From contig JAAZYP010000002.1 of NCBI GenBank assembly GCA_014239585.1, positions 1 through 59,064 of the forward strand: 59,064 nucleotides of DNA, in the 5' to 3' direction. The stretch's first letter is position 1. The number at the start of each line of letters is the position of its first letter. The translations under genes and the position numbers were made by a program. The stretch is from Nanobdellota archaeon. Its GTDB lineage: Archaea; Nanobdellota; Nanobdellia; UBA10117; ARS21. This document shows, piece after piece, positions 19,502 to 29,667 of the stretch. Under the pieces are notes generated by a model. It had not been told where the DNA came from. It ran no database searches and saw nothing but the letters and a program-made list of their open reading frames with translations.

Positions 19502-21775
19502 ATGCCTAAAGATTCTATGGAAATAATTTTAACAGTTCAAGAAGCACGACAAGATGATATCGATCGAGGAATTGTGCGTATTGAAAATGAATTTCTTAAA
19601 AAATTAGGATTGCAACAAGGAGATTTTGTAGAAATTGAAGGTGATAAAAAAACAGTTGCAATCGCAGGAAGAGCATATCCTGCAGATTTAGGATTGGGAA
19701 CTATACGAATGGACCCATCTATTCGAAAAAATACAGGAACATCAATTTCTGAAAAAGTGAAGATTAGAGCAATAGATGTAATTCCTGCTAAAAAAATTAC
19801 GATTGCACCATATCAAAAAGGAATGCGAATTCAAGCACCATCAAAGATTTTTCTAAAAGCATTGATGGGAAGACCAGTATCAAAAGGCGATATTGTTTCA
19901 CCGACAACCCAAAGCAGGATTCGAAGAATCAGAGGATATGATCCTCTTTTGGAATTAAATGATATTTTAGGTGCAGCAATGAACGGAGGATTACCTTTTA
20001 TGGCAGGATTAAAATTTGTAGTGGTAAAAACAAATCCGAAAGGAGCAGTATTGGTTACTGAAGACACAGAATTAGAATTGAAACCTGAGGCAGTTGAAAT
20101 CAGCGAAGAACAAATACCAGATGTATCTTATGAAGATATTGGTGGACTGAAAGACGAAGTTGAAAAAGTCAGAGAAATGATTGAAATTCCGCTTAAACGT
20201 CCAGAATTATTTGATCGATTGGGAATTCAACCACCTAAAGGAGTACTATTATATGGACCGCCTGGAACTGGAAAAACGCTATTGGCAAAGGCAGTAGCTT
20301 CAGAATCACAGGCATCATTTCACTTAATTAATGGTCCAGAAATAATGAGTAAATTTGTAGGCGATGCAGAAAAGAAAATAAGAACAATATTTGATGAAGC
20401 AGAAAAGAATGCACCTGCAATCATATTTATTGACGAAATTGATGCGATTGCACCAAAGCGAGAAGAATCATATGGTGAAGTTGAAAGAAGAGTTGTAGCA
20501 CAATTATTGACATTAATGGATGGAATGAAGGGCCGAGGAAAAGTAATTGTTATTGCGGCAACAAATCGACAAGACGCATTGGACCCAGCATTACGTAGAG
20601 GTGGAAGATTCGATAGAGAAATTGAAATCGGTGTACCTAATTATGAAGGAAGACTACAAGTTCTAAAGATTCATACTAGAAATATGCCTTTAACTAAAGA
20701 TGTTAATTTAGAAGAATTAGCGAGAAGTACACACGGTTTCGTTGGAGCGGATTTAGAAGCATTATGTAAAGAAGCCGCAATGAACGTTATTCGAAGACTT
20801 GCATTAAAACACTCATTGAAGGACGATACGCCATTAAGCGAAGAACTTATGAAAAAATTAATTGTAAATAAAAAAGATTTTGTAGATGCATTTAAGAACG
20901 TAACACCGAGCGCCATGAGAGAAATATTAATTGAAACTCCAAACGTTCCTTGGTCAAGAATAGGCGGATTAACTGAAGTTAAACAACAACTACAGGAATC
21001 AGTCGAATGGCCAATTAAAAATCCCGAAATGTTTAAACGTATGGGAATTAGGGCACCAAAAGGAGTACTATTATATGGACCGCCTGGAACTGGAAAAACG
21101 CTATTGGCAAAGGCAGTTGCAACTGAATCCGAAGCAAACTTTATTTCAGTAAAAGGTCCAGAATTATTAAACAAATATGTTGGTGAATCAGAAAAAGCAG
21201 TTCGAGAAATATTCAAGAAAGCAAAACAAGTTGCACCATCAGTAATTTTCTTTGACGAAATTGATGCAATTGCATCAGTTCGAGGGGGCGGAAGCGACGG
21301 TGGCGCAAAAGCCAGAGAAGGAGTAGTAAATCAAATTCTTACTGAATTAGACGGAATCGAAGATTTAAGCGAAGTAGTAATACTTGCGGCAACAAATCGT
21401 CCAGAATTAGTTGACCCGGCTTTATTGAGACCAGGAAGATTTGATAGACACCTGCTTGTTACACCACCAAATAAAACCGCGATACAAGAAATTCTCAAAA
21501 TTCATACTAAAGATGTACCAATAGCTAACGATGTAACTTTAAAATATTTAACAGAGAAGTTAATTGGTTATTCCGGAGCAGATATTGAGGCAGTTGTTAG
21601 AGAAGCAGCAATGTTGGCGTTACGAGAAAATAATAAAGCAGATAAAGTTAAGAAAAAACATTTTACTGAAGCCCTATCGAAAGTAAGACCGTCTTTATCA
21701 AAAATTGAAGTTAACGCATATAAGACTGCAATTCAGGAAGCAGAAGGTCGAGTCGGTCCAGCATATTTAGGTTAG
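19502..21775 (+). CDS. cdc48: CDC48/VCP-like AAA+ ATPase
   Basis: N-domain followed by two AAA modules. Each module has [20 protein letters not shown] and SRH regions. Confidence 0.95.
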   Translation: MPKDSMEIILTVQEARQDDIDRGIVRIENEFLKKLGLQQGDFVEIEGDKKTVAIAGRAYPADLGLGTIRMDPSIRKNTGTSISEKVKIRAIDVIPAKKITIAPYQKGMRIQAPSKIFLKALMGRPVSKGDIVSPTTQSRIRRIRGYDPLLELNDILGAAMNGGLPFMAGLKFVVVKTNPKGAVLVTEDTELELKPEAVEISEEQIPDVSYEDIGGLKDEVEKVREMIEIPLKRPELFDRLGIQPPKGVLLYGPPGTGKTLLAKAVASESQASFHLINGPEIMSKFVGDAEKKIRTIFDEAEKNAPAIIFIDEIDAIAPKREESYGEVERRVVAQLLTLMDGMKGRGKVIVIAATNRQDALDPALRRGGRFDREIEIGVPNYEGRLQVLKIHTRNMPLTKDVNLEELARSTHGFVGADLEALCKEAAMNVIRRLALKHSLKDDTPLSEELMKKLIVNKKDFVDAFKNVTPSAMREILIETPNVPWSRIGGLTEVKQQLQESVEWPIKNPEMFKRMGIRAPKGVLLYGPPGTGKTLLAKAVATESEANFISVKGPELLNKYVGESEKAVREIFKKAKQVAPSVIFFDEIDAIASVRGGGSDGGAKAREGVVNQILTELDGIEDLSEVVILAATNRPELVDPALLRPGRFDRHLLVTPPNKTAIQEILKIHTKDVPIANDVTLKYLTEKLIGYSGADIEAVVREAAMLALRENNKADKVKKKHFTEALSKVRPSLSKIEVNAYKTAIQEAEGRVGPAYLG

Positions 21776-22662
21776 CCCAAGATAATTGGTTTATCATCAA
21801 CAATAATTGTGTATTCAAATTGTGCAACGTACGAACCGGGTTTTTCATTCAAAATTTTATGATCATGAAGAATACCAGCTCTTACAAATGAATCAAGTGC
21901 TAATTTTGTTTTAGTTCGCCCAAAGTTTTTAGAAACTTCTCTTTCTGAAAACGGCAAAGTCCGATAAGTTGAAATTATATGATTTAAAACATCTCGATAC
22001 ATTCTAACTTGCCTTTTTTCAACAAGTTCATATATTCCTGAACTTTTACCTTCAGTAACTCTTCCAGTACCGTTCGTTGCAAATGGTTCAATTGCGATCA
22101 CCATTCCCTTTTCAAGTTTGAATTTTCCGCCAGATTTGTAATTGGGAATGTTATAACCCGCATGAACATTATATTGTTCAATTCCGTGACCTGAAAGATT
22201 ACGGATTGATTTGAATCCATGCTTGTTTATGGTTGATTCAATAATTTCACCAATATCACTTGTATAAATCCCAGGTTTTACCATTTTAATTGCATTATTG
22301 AGTGCTTCTTTGGCAGCCAAAATTAAATTATCATGATTTTTTGTTTTTATTGGAATTGAAATCGCACTATCTACAATATAACCTTCAATTTGAACACCAA
22401 TATCTAATTTTAATAAATCACCTTCGTTCAAAATATTTTTATCATTCTCGACAGCACAATAGTGTGCTGCAACTGAATTCACCGACATATTTACTGGAAA
22501 TGCTAAATCTGCACCCATTGATCGAATTTTTGACTCAATTTTTTCAGATATTTCAAGATAATTAGCACCTGGAACGGCAAGTTTCTTTCCGAATTCTTTA
22601 CATTTTTTAGAAATTTCACTAGCTTTCTTGTATTTAGTCAATACTTCTTTGTTCATAACCAT
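21772..22662 (-). CDS. map: methionine aminopeptidase, type 2 (archaeal)
   Basis: Pita-bread fold ligand pattern (D..D..H..E..E contexts DIGVQIEGYIVDSA, GHGI, IEPF, EYTI) with the type-2 C-terminal insertion. Confidence 0.92.
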   Translation of the reverse strand: MVMNKEVLTKYKKASEISKKCKEFGKKLAVPGANYLEISEKIESKIRSMGADLAFPVNMSVNSVAAHYCAVENDKNILNEGDLLKLDIGVQIEGYIVDSAISIPIKTKNHDNLILAAKEALNNAIKMVKPGIYTSDIGEIIESTINKHGFKSIRNLSGHGIEQYNVHAGYNIPNYKSGGKFKLEKGMVIAIEPFATNGTGRVTEGKSSGIYELVEKRQVRMYRDVLNHIISTYRTLPFSEREVSKNFGRTKTKLALDSFVRAGILHDHKILNEKPGSYVAQFEYTIIVDDKPIILG

Positions 22663-24962
22663 TTATCCAATCCCGAATCAAGACCTTTGATTTGATCTTC
22701 AGTATAATCGAAGAGTTCCAGTATTTTATAAGTTGCTCCAATTACTTGCTTATTAACATAATAATCTTCGTCCAATTCATCAACTTTTACCGAATCTGAA
22801 AGTTTAACTCTATCTCGAACTAATTTGGAATCACCCTTCGTAATAATATATTTAACAATTGTACCGGGCCCAACTGATTCACCTCGCTCAGACATTAATC
22901 TGCCCGCCATAACTTGTGGACCAATTGCAACATAATCATCCAAATTTCGAGTAAGTTTGTTTGATAAAATTAAATCTCCGATGCCAACATTTTTAGCCCG
23001 AATATCCTTAATAATTTTTTGAACAATTTTTAATGCACCTTCACCATTCCCTTCAGAAAGAACAGTATTCAAAACATCTATTTGAGCAGATTTTGCAAGT
23101 TTGGACCAATCACCTCTACGTGATTCTAATCCCTTAATGGTCATTTTTCCATCTTTATCTAAAAGTGCGTATCTTTTTTTTGCACCAGAAGTTGACCCCT
23201 TTTTTTCTAAAAAAATACCTGAAATGTAACTTCCTTCGTCTTCCAATTCCATAGGTTTAGGCAAAGATGCATTAACTTCAGATTCAAAGGCATTTATGTT
23301 TGGAGAATCAATCAAAAATACTGAATCAGTATCACCATATATAACTTTAATATCATGTTTTCGCGCAGTTTTGATCACTTGATCGATATATTTTCGGCCC
23401 ATAGCAGTTACTGCAGCTGCACAATCAATTGAATACCACCGAGCACCATAAAATCCCAAATATCCGTAAAATGAATTCGCCAGAATTTTGATCGCATAAG
23501 ACTGTGCATTCAATTCTTTCTCACGTTCAGATTCGCTATCCACCGTTTTAAGTTCAGATTTAATTAAAGATCGTTTTTCAAGTAAATTTTTCAATAGTTT
23601 CGGAATGAATCCACCGTCTTTTTTGAAGTATACAGGTTTATGAGGAAGATTTATTTCAGTTTCACCCTCTACAGCTAAAGTATAAGGATCAATATTATGT
23701 GCAATTATGATTGAAGGATATAAACTTCTAAAATCAAATACTCTAATATTTTTATAAACACCAGGAATTGGTTGATAAACAAATGCACCCATAATTTTAG
23801 TGCGCATTCGTGAAGAAATTTCAGCTTCAGAAGGTTTGTTTTCAATAACACGGTTTTCATCAATTGAATTTTTGATAATATATTGTTCGACCAATCTACC
23901 ATATCTCATTCTAGAAACATCAAACAGCGGAATACCTACAATTCGAACAAATTGTATCGCGATAGGCATCATTTTATCGGCAAGTTTCCAAGTGATTCGT
24001 GAATCATGAAGATTATATTTCATAATTCGATTAAGATTTTCATCACCACCCGATTGCCATAGTTCACTGACAAATGCACCCAATTTATCTTCCTTTTTAT
24101 GACCTGTTAATTCATGTGCAACTGCATCTAAAGTTAAAGAATTTGTTTTTAGATTTGATGCAAGAATGTTTCTAACAAAAATATAACAATCAAAATGAGT
24201 CAATCCCGGAATTCTTGCAGAATTACCTCTTCGGCCCGCACGTTCAAGTTTGATTCCAGACTTAAGTGGACCGATTTCCAATTTAACATTTAATAATTCT
24301 GCACGTTTTTTAATAAAGGGTAAATCAAAACCGTCTGAATTGTACCCCGTTATAACATCAACTCCCGAATTATTTATTGTTTCACAAAAATCCTTCAACA
24401 TCTCAGCTTCATTATTTACAATCCGAATATAGTCGCCTTCCTTTTTGAAATTTCGATAAGTGGTAACTTTACGTAAACCGTCAGCATAATATGAAATTGA
24501 AACGATAGAATCCTTTTCAGCATCAGGAAAATTTCCTGAACAGTCTGTTTCAATATCAAAAGCAAGAATTTTAGGCATAGTTTTAGCATAATAATTTAGT
24601 TTGTTATCCAACCCAACTCTAAATAAATAAGGAATATCTGATTCATAAATTTTTAAATCTTGACTTATTAATTTTTTCCTTAATGCAGGAATTTCAAACG
24701 GAACAGTAACATAAACTTTGAATAGAGAAATTAAATCACCTTTCAAATTTTTTTTAACTTCTTTAACTGAATCAGGAGTTTTAGTTTCACCACGATATTC
24801 ATAATTAATTTTTTCCAGAGCTGATTTCGAAATAGTTGGTTTAACTAATAAAAAAGGTAATTCAAAATCACGTTCTTCAACAATATTACCTTTATTTGAG
24901 CTAGAAATAACTGAAATTTTTCGAGAGTTACCTCTCGAATAAGCAATATCAACAATATTCAT
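22653..24962 (-). CDS. polB: family B DNA polymerase
   Basis: Exo I AFDIETD, SLYPSII, KILANSFYGY, YGDTDS. No intein-sized insertion. Confidence 0.95.
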   Translation of the reverse strand: MNIVDIAYSRGNSRKISVISSSNKGNIVEERDFELPFLLVKPTISKSALEKINYEYRGETKTPDSVKEVKKNLKGDLISLFKVYVTVPFEIPALRKKLISQDLKIYESDIPYLFRVGLDNKLNYYAKTMPKILAFDIETDCSGNFPDAEKDSIVSISYYADGLRKVTTYRNFKKEGDYIRIVNNEAEMLKDFCETINNSGVDVITGYNSDGFDLPFIKKRAELLNVKLEIGPLKSGIKLERAGRRGNSARIPGLTHFDCYIFVRNILASNLKTNSLTLDAVAHELTGHKKEDKLGAFVSELWQSGGDENLNRIMKYNLHDSRITWKLADKMMPIAIQFVRIVGIPLFDVSRMRYGRLVEQYIIKNSIDENRVIENKPSEAEISSRMRTKIMGAFVYQPIPGVYKNIRVFDFRSLYPSIIIAHNIDPYTLAVEGETEINLPHKPVYFKKDGGFIPKLLKNLLEKRSLIKSELKTVDSESEREKELNAQSYAIKILANSFYGYLGFYGARWYSIDCAAAVTAMGRKYIDQVIKTARKHDIKVIYGDTDSVFLIDSPNINAFESEVNASLPKPMELEDEGSYISGIFLEKKGSTSGAKKRYALLDKDGKMTIKGLESRRGDWSKLAKSAQIDVLNTVLSEGNGEGALKIVQKIIKDIRAKNVGIGDLILSNKLTRNLDDYVAIGPQVMAGRLMSERGESVGPGTIVKYIITKGDSKLVRDRVKLSDSVKVDELDEDYYVNKQVIGATYKILELFDYTEDQIKGLDSGLDKWL

Positions 24963-25345
24963 TATTTTTTCTGAGGACCCTTGATCTTATCAAAGAATTG
25001 ATTCATGTCTCGTTGAATTTGATCTGCATCAACTTTCAACTTTTCAAGACTAATATGTAATCTTTCTTCATCTCTAACTAAATTAGAAATTTGATCATAC
25101 GGATTTGTTGCACGTTGGAAATCTGCGATTCCAATCGAACCATAAGGCGAATTATTCATTTCTGTAGCAACAGTAGCCAGGATGTTTCCAAGCCACGCAT
25201 TAAGCGCATCTTTAACTTCAGATCGAATTTGTTTACCTTCAGTAATATGTGTTCGCATTAAGTTAACAACTCTTGCTCTAGGAAATGGTAATGAACCATC
25301 ATCATGTTCATCATGCATATCTGCATTCTGTATATCATTTGTCAT
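24962..25345 (-). CDS. histone-fold protein (archaeal histone / NF-Y-CBF-like) with acidic N-tail and helical C-extension
   Basis: LPFPRARVVNLMR (alpha1), then KQIRSEVKDALNAWLGNILATVATEMNN (long alpha2), then IGIADFQRAT (alpha3). This aligns by eye to HMf-type histones. Its stop overlaps the polB start (TAATG). Confidence 0.6.
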   Translation of the reverse strand: MTNDIQNADMHDEHDDGSLPFPRARVVNLMRTHITEGKQIRSEVKDALNAWLGNILATVATEMNNSPYGSIGIADFQRATNPYDQISNLVRDEERLHISLEKLKVDADQIQRDMNQFFDKIKGPQKK

Positions 25346-25413
25346 GTATTTTTCTTCATATGACCCTTTAAAAACATTAGTATTTGGGATGCTATCATTT
25401 AAATTTATATATA

Positions 25414-25746
25414 CTAGGCATCGTTTTCTTCAAATTTGTAACCATATTCTTCTTCAATTACATGATTACATACTTGAGAAACGCCAAATTGTAGTAATTC
25501 GGCAGTAGGCTCTTCATGAACTGACTCTGCAACCATTTCAACTAAATTCAAAGCTTCTTCAGAAAGTTCATAACTAGATCCTCGTTGACCACCAATATAT
25601 TGAGACACAGTTGAAGTTTGAGATTCCAATAAATCTGCAATTTCTCGCTGAGTCATACCTCGGTTTACTAATTCTCTGGCCACTGCAGCTTTAATGGAAT
25701 GAATTGCAGTTTTAGCAATAAACTCATGTGGAAAGATCAATGCCAT
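25414..25746 (-). CDS. HTH transcriptional regulator
   Basis: GMTQREIADLLESQTSTVSQYIGGQRG is a classical helix-turn-helix. Acidic C-terminal tail. Confidence 0.6.
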   Translation of the reverse strand: MALIFPHEFIAKTAIHSIKAAVARELVNRGMTQREIADLLESQTSTVSQYIGGQRGSSYELSEEALNLVEMVAESVHEEPTAELLQFGVSQVCNHVIEEEYGYKFEENDA

Positions 25747-25785
25747 TTTAATAAATACTCCATTTCAAATATAAACATTTTCGTA

Positions 25786-26064
25786 CTAGGCAAACATTCT
25801 GACAAATCTTTTAGTTAATAATCCGCTTACAAAAAGAAGTCCAACACCAAGTGCAATTGAATCACCCAAAGTAAGATTCGATGTTGCAAATCTGGAAATC
25901 CCGCTCCAAATTAATACTATTCCGGTAATTCCGATGAATCCTAAAAAAACACGTTTAATTGCACGTTTATGATCTCTAAGTCGTTTAGCACGTTCAAGCT
26001 TTCTACGATGCGTCCGTAAACGTTTTTTCAAAATAGAAACTTGTTTTGTTAAAGCCAAATACAT
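25786..26064 (-). CDS. small membrane protein with a basic N-terminus (hypothetical)
   Basis: 92 aa. Arg/Lys-rich N-terminal helix followed by two hydrophobic segments. Confidence 0.4.
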   Translation of the reverse strand: MYLALTKQVSILKKRLRTHRRKLERAKRLRDHKRAIKRVFLGFIGITGIVLIWSGISRFATSNLTLGDSIALGVGLLFVSGLLTKRFVRMFA

Positions 26065-26138
26065 AAATTAATGAATCAGTTCAGTTATAAAAAACTATAT
26101 CAAAATCATTTTAAAGGGACTTTCACTGAAACTGTCAT

Positions 26139-26211
26139 GGGCGGGTCGCCAAGTCCGGTAAGGCAACAGGTTGCAGTCCTGTCATTCGGGGGTTCGAATC
26201 CCTCCCCGCCC
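26139..26211 (+). tRNA. tRNA-Cys (GCA)
   Basis: Acceptor GGGCGGG/CCCGCCC. Anticodon arm ACAGG-TTGCAGT-CCTGT. T-loop GGTTCGAATCC. A TTTTAAAG box lies about 25 nt upstream. Confidence 0.9.
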
Positions 26212-26582
26212 TTAACTTTAAAAAATAAAGGTACGTATGAATAATATGAAAATAAAGCTTCTTTTACATGACGATGATTTCACGCCGAAATTACAAAGCA
26301 TCGAGTTACCTAAAACTTTAGAAAATCAAATTTTGAAAGAAGAAAAACTTAAATCAAAATTTAATATTTTAAATAAATTGGTCGAGTAAATATTATAAAC
26401 GTCTCAATCATATTTTATTATGGCAAAAATGTCCAAAGCAGCATCAATGAATTACACATATTCGATATATGGACTTGCACTAGTTTTAATCGGTTGGATG
26501 TTATATTCCGGCAGTTTCAGTTTAGAGCAAGGTATAGGAGTATGGTTAGTATTAATGGGGCTTAAGAAATTACTAATGAGCT

Positions 26583-27986
26583 CTAATTGCTGTTAGAAGA
26601 TTTAATTATTCGATAACCGTCGATTTCATCTAGAAGTGTATAGCCGTGCTTTTCAATTTTATCACGAACTTTATCTGAAGCATCATATTTTTTAATCGCA
26701 CGTAATTTTTCCCGTTCTTCAGCGAGTTTAATTATATTTGTTGGAATGTTTTCGCCAAGATCATCAAGTCCCAAACCAAAAATTTCATCAAATTTCAAAA
26801 TTAATGAATATTTTTCCCCGTTAATTAATCGGGAATCTTTCATTAACTTAGAAAGGATGGAAAGAGATTTAGCAGTATTAAAATCATCATTTATCGCCGC
26901 TGAAAATTGAGTGAGATAAGCTTCACCTTCAACGATTTTAATCGGTTTAGATTTAATTTTTAAAACAAATTGATTAAGTTTGGCACGTGCATTTTTGGCA
27001 CTATCCAATCCGTCTCGACTAAAAATTAGTTGCTTCCGATAATGAGTTCCCAACGTTAAATATCGATAATCCATCGGAGAATATCCATTTTCTTCCAAAT
27101 TTATTAATGTAGTAATATTACCTTTAGATTTTGACATTTTTGTTTTATCATTATTCACTAAAAACGCAGAATGTAACCAATAATTCACCCATGGTTCAGA
27201 TCCAATCGAAGATTCAGATTGTGCAATTTCATTGTTGTGATGAATATATGCTAAATCTTCACCGCCCATATGAATATCGAAATGATCGCCAAGATATTTA
27301 GTTGCCATGGCCGAACATTCAATATGCCAACCGGGATAACCTTTACCCCACGGCGAGTCCCATTTCATATCCTGATCTTGAAATTTAGATTTAGTAAACC
27401 ATAGAACAAAATCATGCGAATTACGTTTATTTTTGTCTTCATCAATTCTAGTTTCGCCAACTTCAACAATTCCTCCGAGTTTACCATATTTTTTCAGTTG
27501 AGAAGTATCAAAATATACATTACCTCCCGAAATATATGCAAAACCATTTGATTCTAATTTACGAATCATTGCGATTTGTTCTTTTATATGATCTGTTGCA
27601 CGGGGAAGTTTATCCGAAGGCTGAATATGTAATGATCTTAAATTTTCTTTAAAAGCGGAAGTATAAAATTTAGCGATATCCCATACACTTTTATTAGATT
27701 TTTTTGCAGCCAAAACTAATTTATCTTCACCTTCGTCTGCATCAGAAGTAAGATGACCAACATCTGTGATGTTCATAACATGATTAACTTTGTAACCATT
27801 AAATTTCAAAACTCGTTTTATTATATCTCCCGAAATAAATGTTCTTAAATTACCAATATGCACAAAGTCATAAACGGTCGGACCACAAGTATAAAGTTTA
27901 ACTTTACCTTTCTCAATCGGAATAAATTTTTCCTTTTTCTTAGATAGCGAATTAAATATTCTGAGATCCATATTAATAGTTATCAT
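26583..27986 (-). CDS. cysS: cysteinyl-tRNA synthetase
   Basis: HIGN (VHIGNLRT), KMSKS, and the Zn-ligand context GWHIECS. Confidence 0.95.
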   Translation of the reverse strand: MITINMDLRIFNSLSKKKEKFIPIEKGKVKLYTCGPTVYDFVHIGNLRTFISGDIIKRVLKFNGYKVNHVMNITDVGHLTSDADEGEDKLVLAAKKSNKSVWDIAKFYTSAFKENLRSLHIQPSDKLPRATDHIKEQIAMIRKLESNGFAYISGGNVYFDTSQLKKYGKLGGIVEVGETRIDEDKNKRNSHDFVLWFTKSKFQDQDMKWDSPWGKGYPGWHIECSAMATKYLGDHFDIHMGGEDLAYIHHNNEIAQSESSIGSEPWVNYWLHSAFLVNNDKTKMSKSKGNITTLINLEENGYSPMDYRYLTLGTHYRKQLIFSRDGLDSAKNARAKLNQFVLKIKSKPIKIVEGEAYLTQFSAAINDDFNTAKSLSILSKLMKDSRLINGEKYSLILKFDEIFGLGLDDLGENIPTNIIKLAEEREKLRAIKKYDASDKVRDKIEKHGYTLLDEIDGYRIIKSSNSN

Positions 27987-28039
27987 TTAAGATTATAAAA
28001 ACTATGAAACTATTATAAATTTTCACATCATAGATAATT

Positions 28040-28522
28040 ATGGCGTCGATATTCTCAAAAATTATCGCTGGAGAAATACCCGGATTCAAAGTGTACGAGG
28101 ATAAAAAAGTAGTAGCAATATTGGACATAAATCCGGTAAACGCAGGACACGTATTAGTTATTCCGCGTGAAGAATATGTTACTTTAATGGATATGCCGGA
28201 CAAATTAGCAGAACACACAATCACTGTAGTCAAACATTTAGCATCTGAATTAAAACGAATTACGGGTTCATCGGGAATTAATGTATTTTTAAATAATGGT
28301 GCTTCCGCAGGACAGGAAGTTCCGCACGTACATTTTCATATAATTCCTCGATTTGATGGAGATGATGCAGTTCCAGCATGGAAACGAAAACAAGCATCAC
28401 CTGAAGATTTACAAGAATTATCCAAATTATTGGTAAAATCATTAAAACCTAAGAAAAAACCAAAAAAACCAACTAAGAAAAAACCAACTAAAGTTAAAGT
28501 ATCTAAAAAATTCAAAAATTAA
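28040..28522 (+). CDS. HIT-family nucleotide hydrolase with a Lys-rich C-terminal tail
   Basis: Histidine triad HVHFHIIP. Tail KPKKKPKKPTKKKPTKVKVSKKFKN. Confidence 0.9.
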   Translation: MASIFSKIIAGEIPGFKVYEDKKVVAILDINPVNAGHVLVIPREEYVTLMDMPDKLAEHTITVVKHLASELKRITGSSGINVFLNNGASAGQEVPHVHFHIIPRFDGDDAVPAWKRKQASPEDLQELSKLLVKSLKPKKKPKKPTKKKPTKVKVSKKFKN

Positions 28523-28818
28523 TGATTTCTGAAGAAATGATAAACATCATGATTTAATCTTGCTGATTCTAAAGCTGAATGTAATTCTCCTCGATGTAAA
28601 TGGGCTCTAGATTCTTCTCGATTTTCAGCAGGAATTTGTTCAAGATAGTTATATGTCGTGGCAATTGTTTTAACTGCATTTTCAGTAAATGCGTGTTTTT
28701 CAGCATGTAAACCGTGATCTCGAGTTTTTATAACACCCATACTCAATAGAGACCATACTACTGCAAAAAAACCAGCTAAGCCCATAAGAACATAATGCGG
28801 TGCTTCGAGAATGACCAT
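28519..28818 (-). CDS. hypothetical single-pass membrane protein
   Basis: 99 aa. One N-terminal TM segment (LMGLAGFFAVVWSLL) followed by a His-rich soluble part. No family recognised. Confidence 0.4.
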   Translation of the reverse strand: MVILEAPHYVLMGLAGFFAVVWSLLSMGVIKTRDHGLHAEKHAFTENAVKTIATTYNYLEQIPAENREESRAHLHRGELHSALESARLNHDVYHFFRNH

Positions 28819-28843
28819 TATCCTAATTATGCTTTCCTCCTTT

Positions 28844-29644
28844 TTATATTTTGCTTAGATATTGAGATAATAGCATAAAAATCAAATCACCAAATTTCAA
28901 TGTCAATAAAAATGCAATTAGAAATGCGGGTCCAAACGCAACACCCGTTTTGATATTAACTGGTTTTTTGAAGTATTTACGTATAAGTAAAATATCTTTC
29001 ATTGAAACACCCGTTTTCTTGGGTTTGAAAATTAATTTACCTCTATACTTTAATTCATCCAATACCCAATCACCTTCAACCAAATCTTTTAATGCAATTT
29101 TCTTCACAAAAAAATTATTTTGAACATGCATAGCCAAAATCAAGATAAATAATGTAATTAAAGCTGCACTCAATACGTAAACTTTTCCAAAAATTAAAAT
29201 TAAACCAAAAATTAACATATATTTGAGAAAAGGTAAATCCGAATCAATTTTATTGAAATGAATAATGCTTTCTTTAATTAAGAAAAGTGTACTATAAATT
29301 CCACCTGCAATCATTAAGTTTACAATGAAACTTACAATAAATGGATAAGGTGCATTTAAAGAATAAGTTGGCAACATTGCACTCATCCCAATCAGCAATT
29401 TTGCATCACCGCCACCCCATTGACCCGCATAATACATGGTAAGCCCAAATAATGTTGCTATCCCGAGTGAAATAATTAAATTTAAAATTTGAAAATTAGT
29501 AGTTAAACTCAACAAAACATGAGCTCCAATTCCGAATAAAATTAGAAAATGAGTGATTGAATCTGGAATTTCAAATGTTTTCAAATCAACAAAAGTTGAA
29601 ATAATTAATGCGATTAATACAACACCGATAAATAATTCGATCAT
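28844..29644 (-). CDS. type IV prepilin/preflagellin peptidase (A24 family)
   Basis: Polytopic. Asp in FVDLKTFEIPD and the second catalytic motif WGGGDAKLL. Confidence 0.75.
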   Translation of the reverse strand: MIELFIGVVLIALIISTFVDLKTFEIPDSITHFLILFGIGAHVLLSLTTNFQILNLIISLGIATLFGLTMYYAGQWGGGDAKLLIGMSAMLPTYSLNAPYPFIVSFIVNLMIAGGIYSTLFLIKESIIHFNKIDSDLPFLKYMLIFGLILIFGKVYVLSAALITLFILILAMHVQNNFFVKKIALKDLVEGDWVLDELKYRGKLIFKPKKTGVSMKDILLIRKYFKKPVNIKTGVAFGPAFLIAFLLTLKFGDLIFMLLSQYLSKI

Positions 29645-29667
29645 ACTAAACTAAGTTGAAGAAGTTT

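Noticed and set aside
20671-21216. 181-aa minus-strand ORF
   Set aside because: It is antisense to the D2 AAA module of cdc48, and no motif supports it.
22653-24962. Looked for inteins or homing endonucleases in PolB, PolD DP2, Cdc6 and the 23S rRNA
   Set aside because: Protein lengths and motif spacing are those of intein-free versions. No intein block motifs or large insertions were seen, and the 23S contains no ORF-bearing insertion.
27973-28233. 86-aa minus-strand ORF spanning the cysS start and the HIT gene
   Set aside because: It overlaps two well-supported genes and their shared promoter region, and it has no recognisable features.
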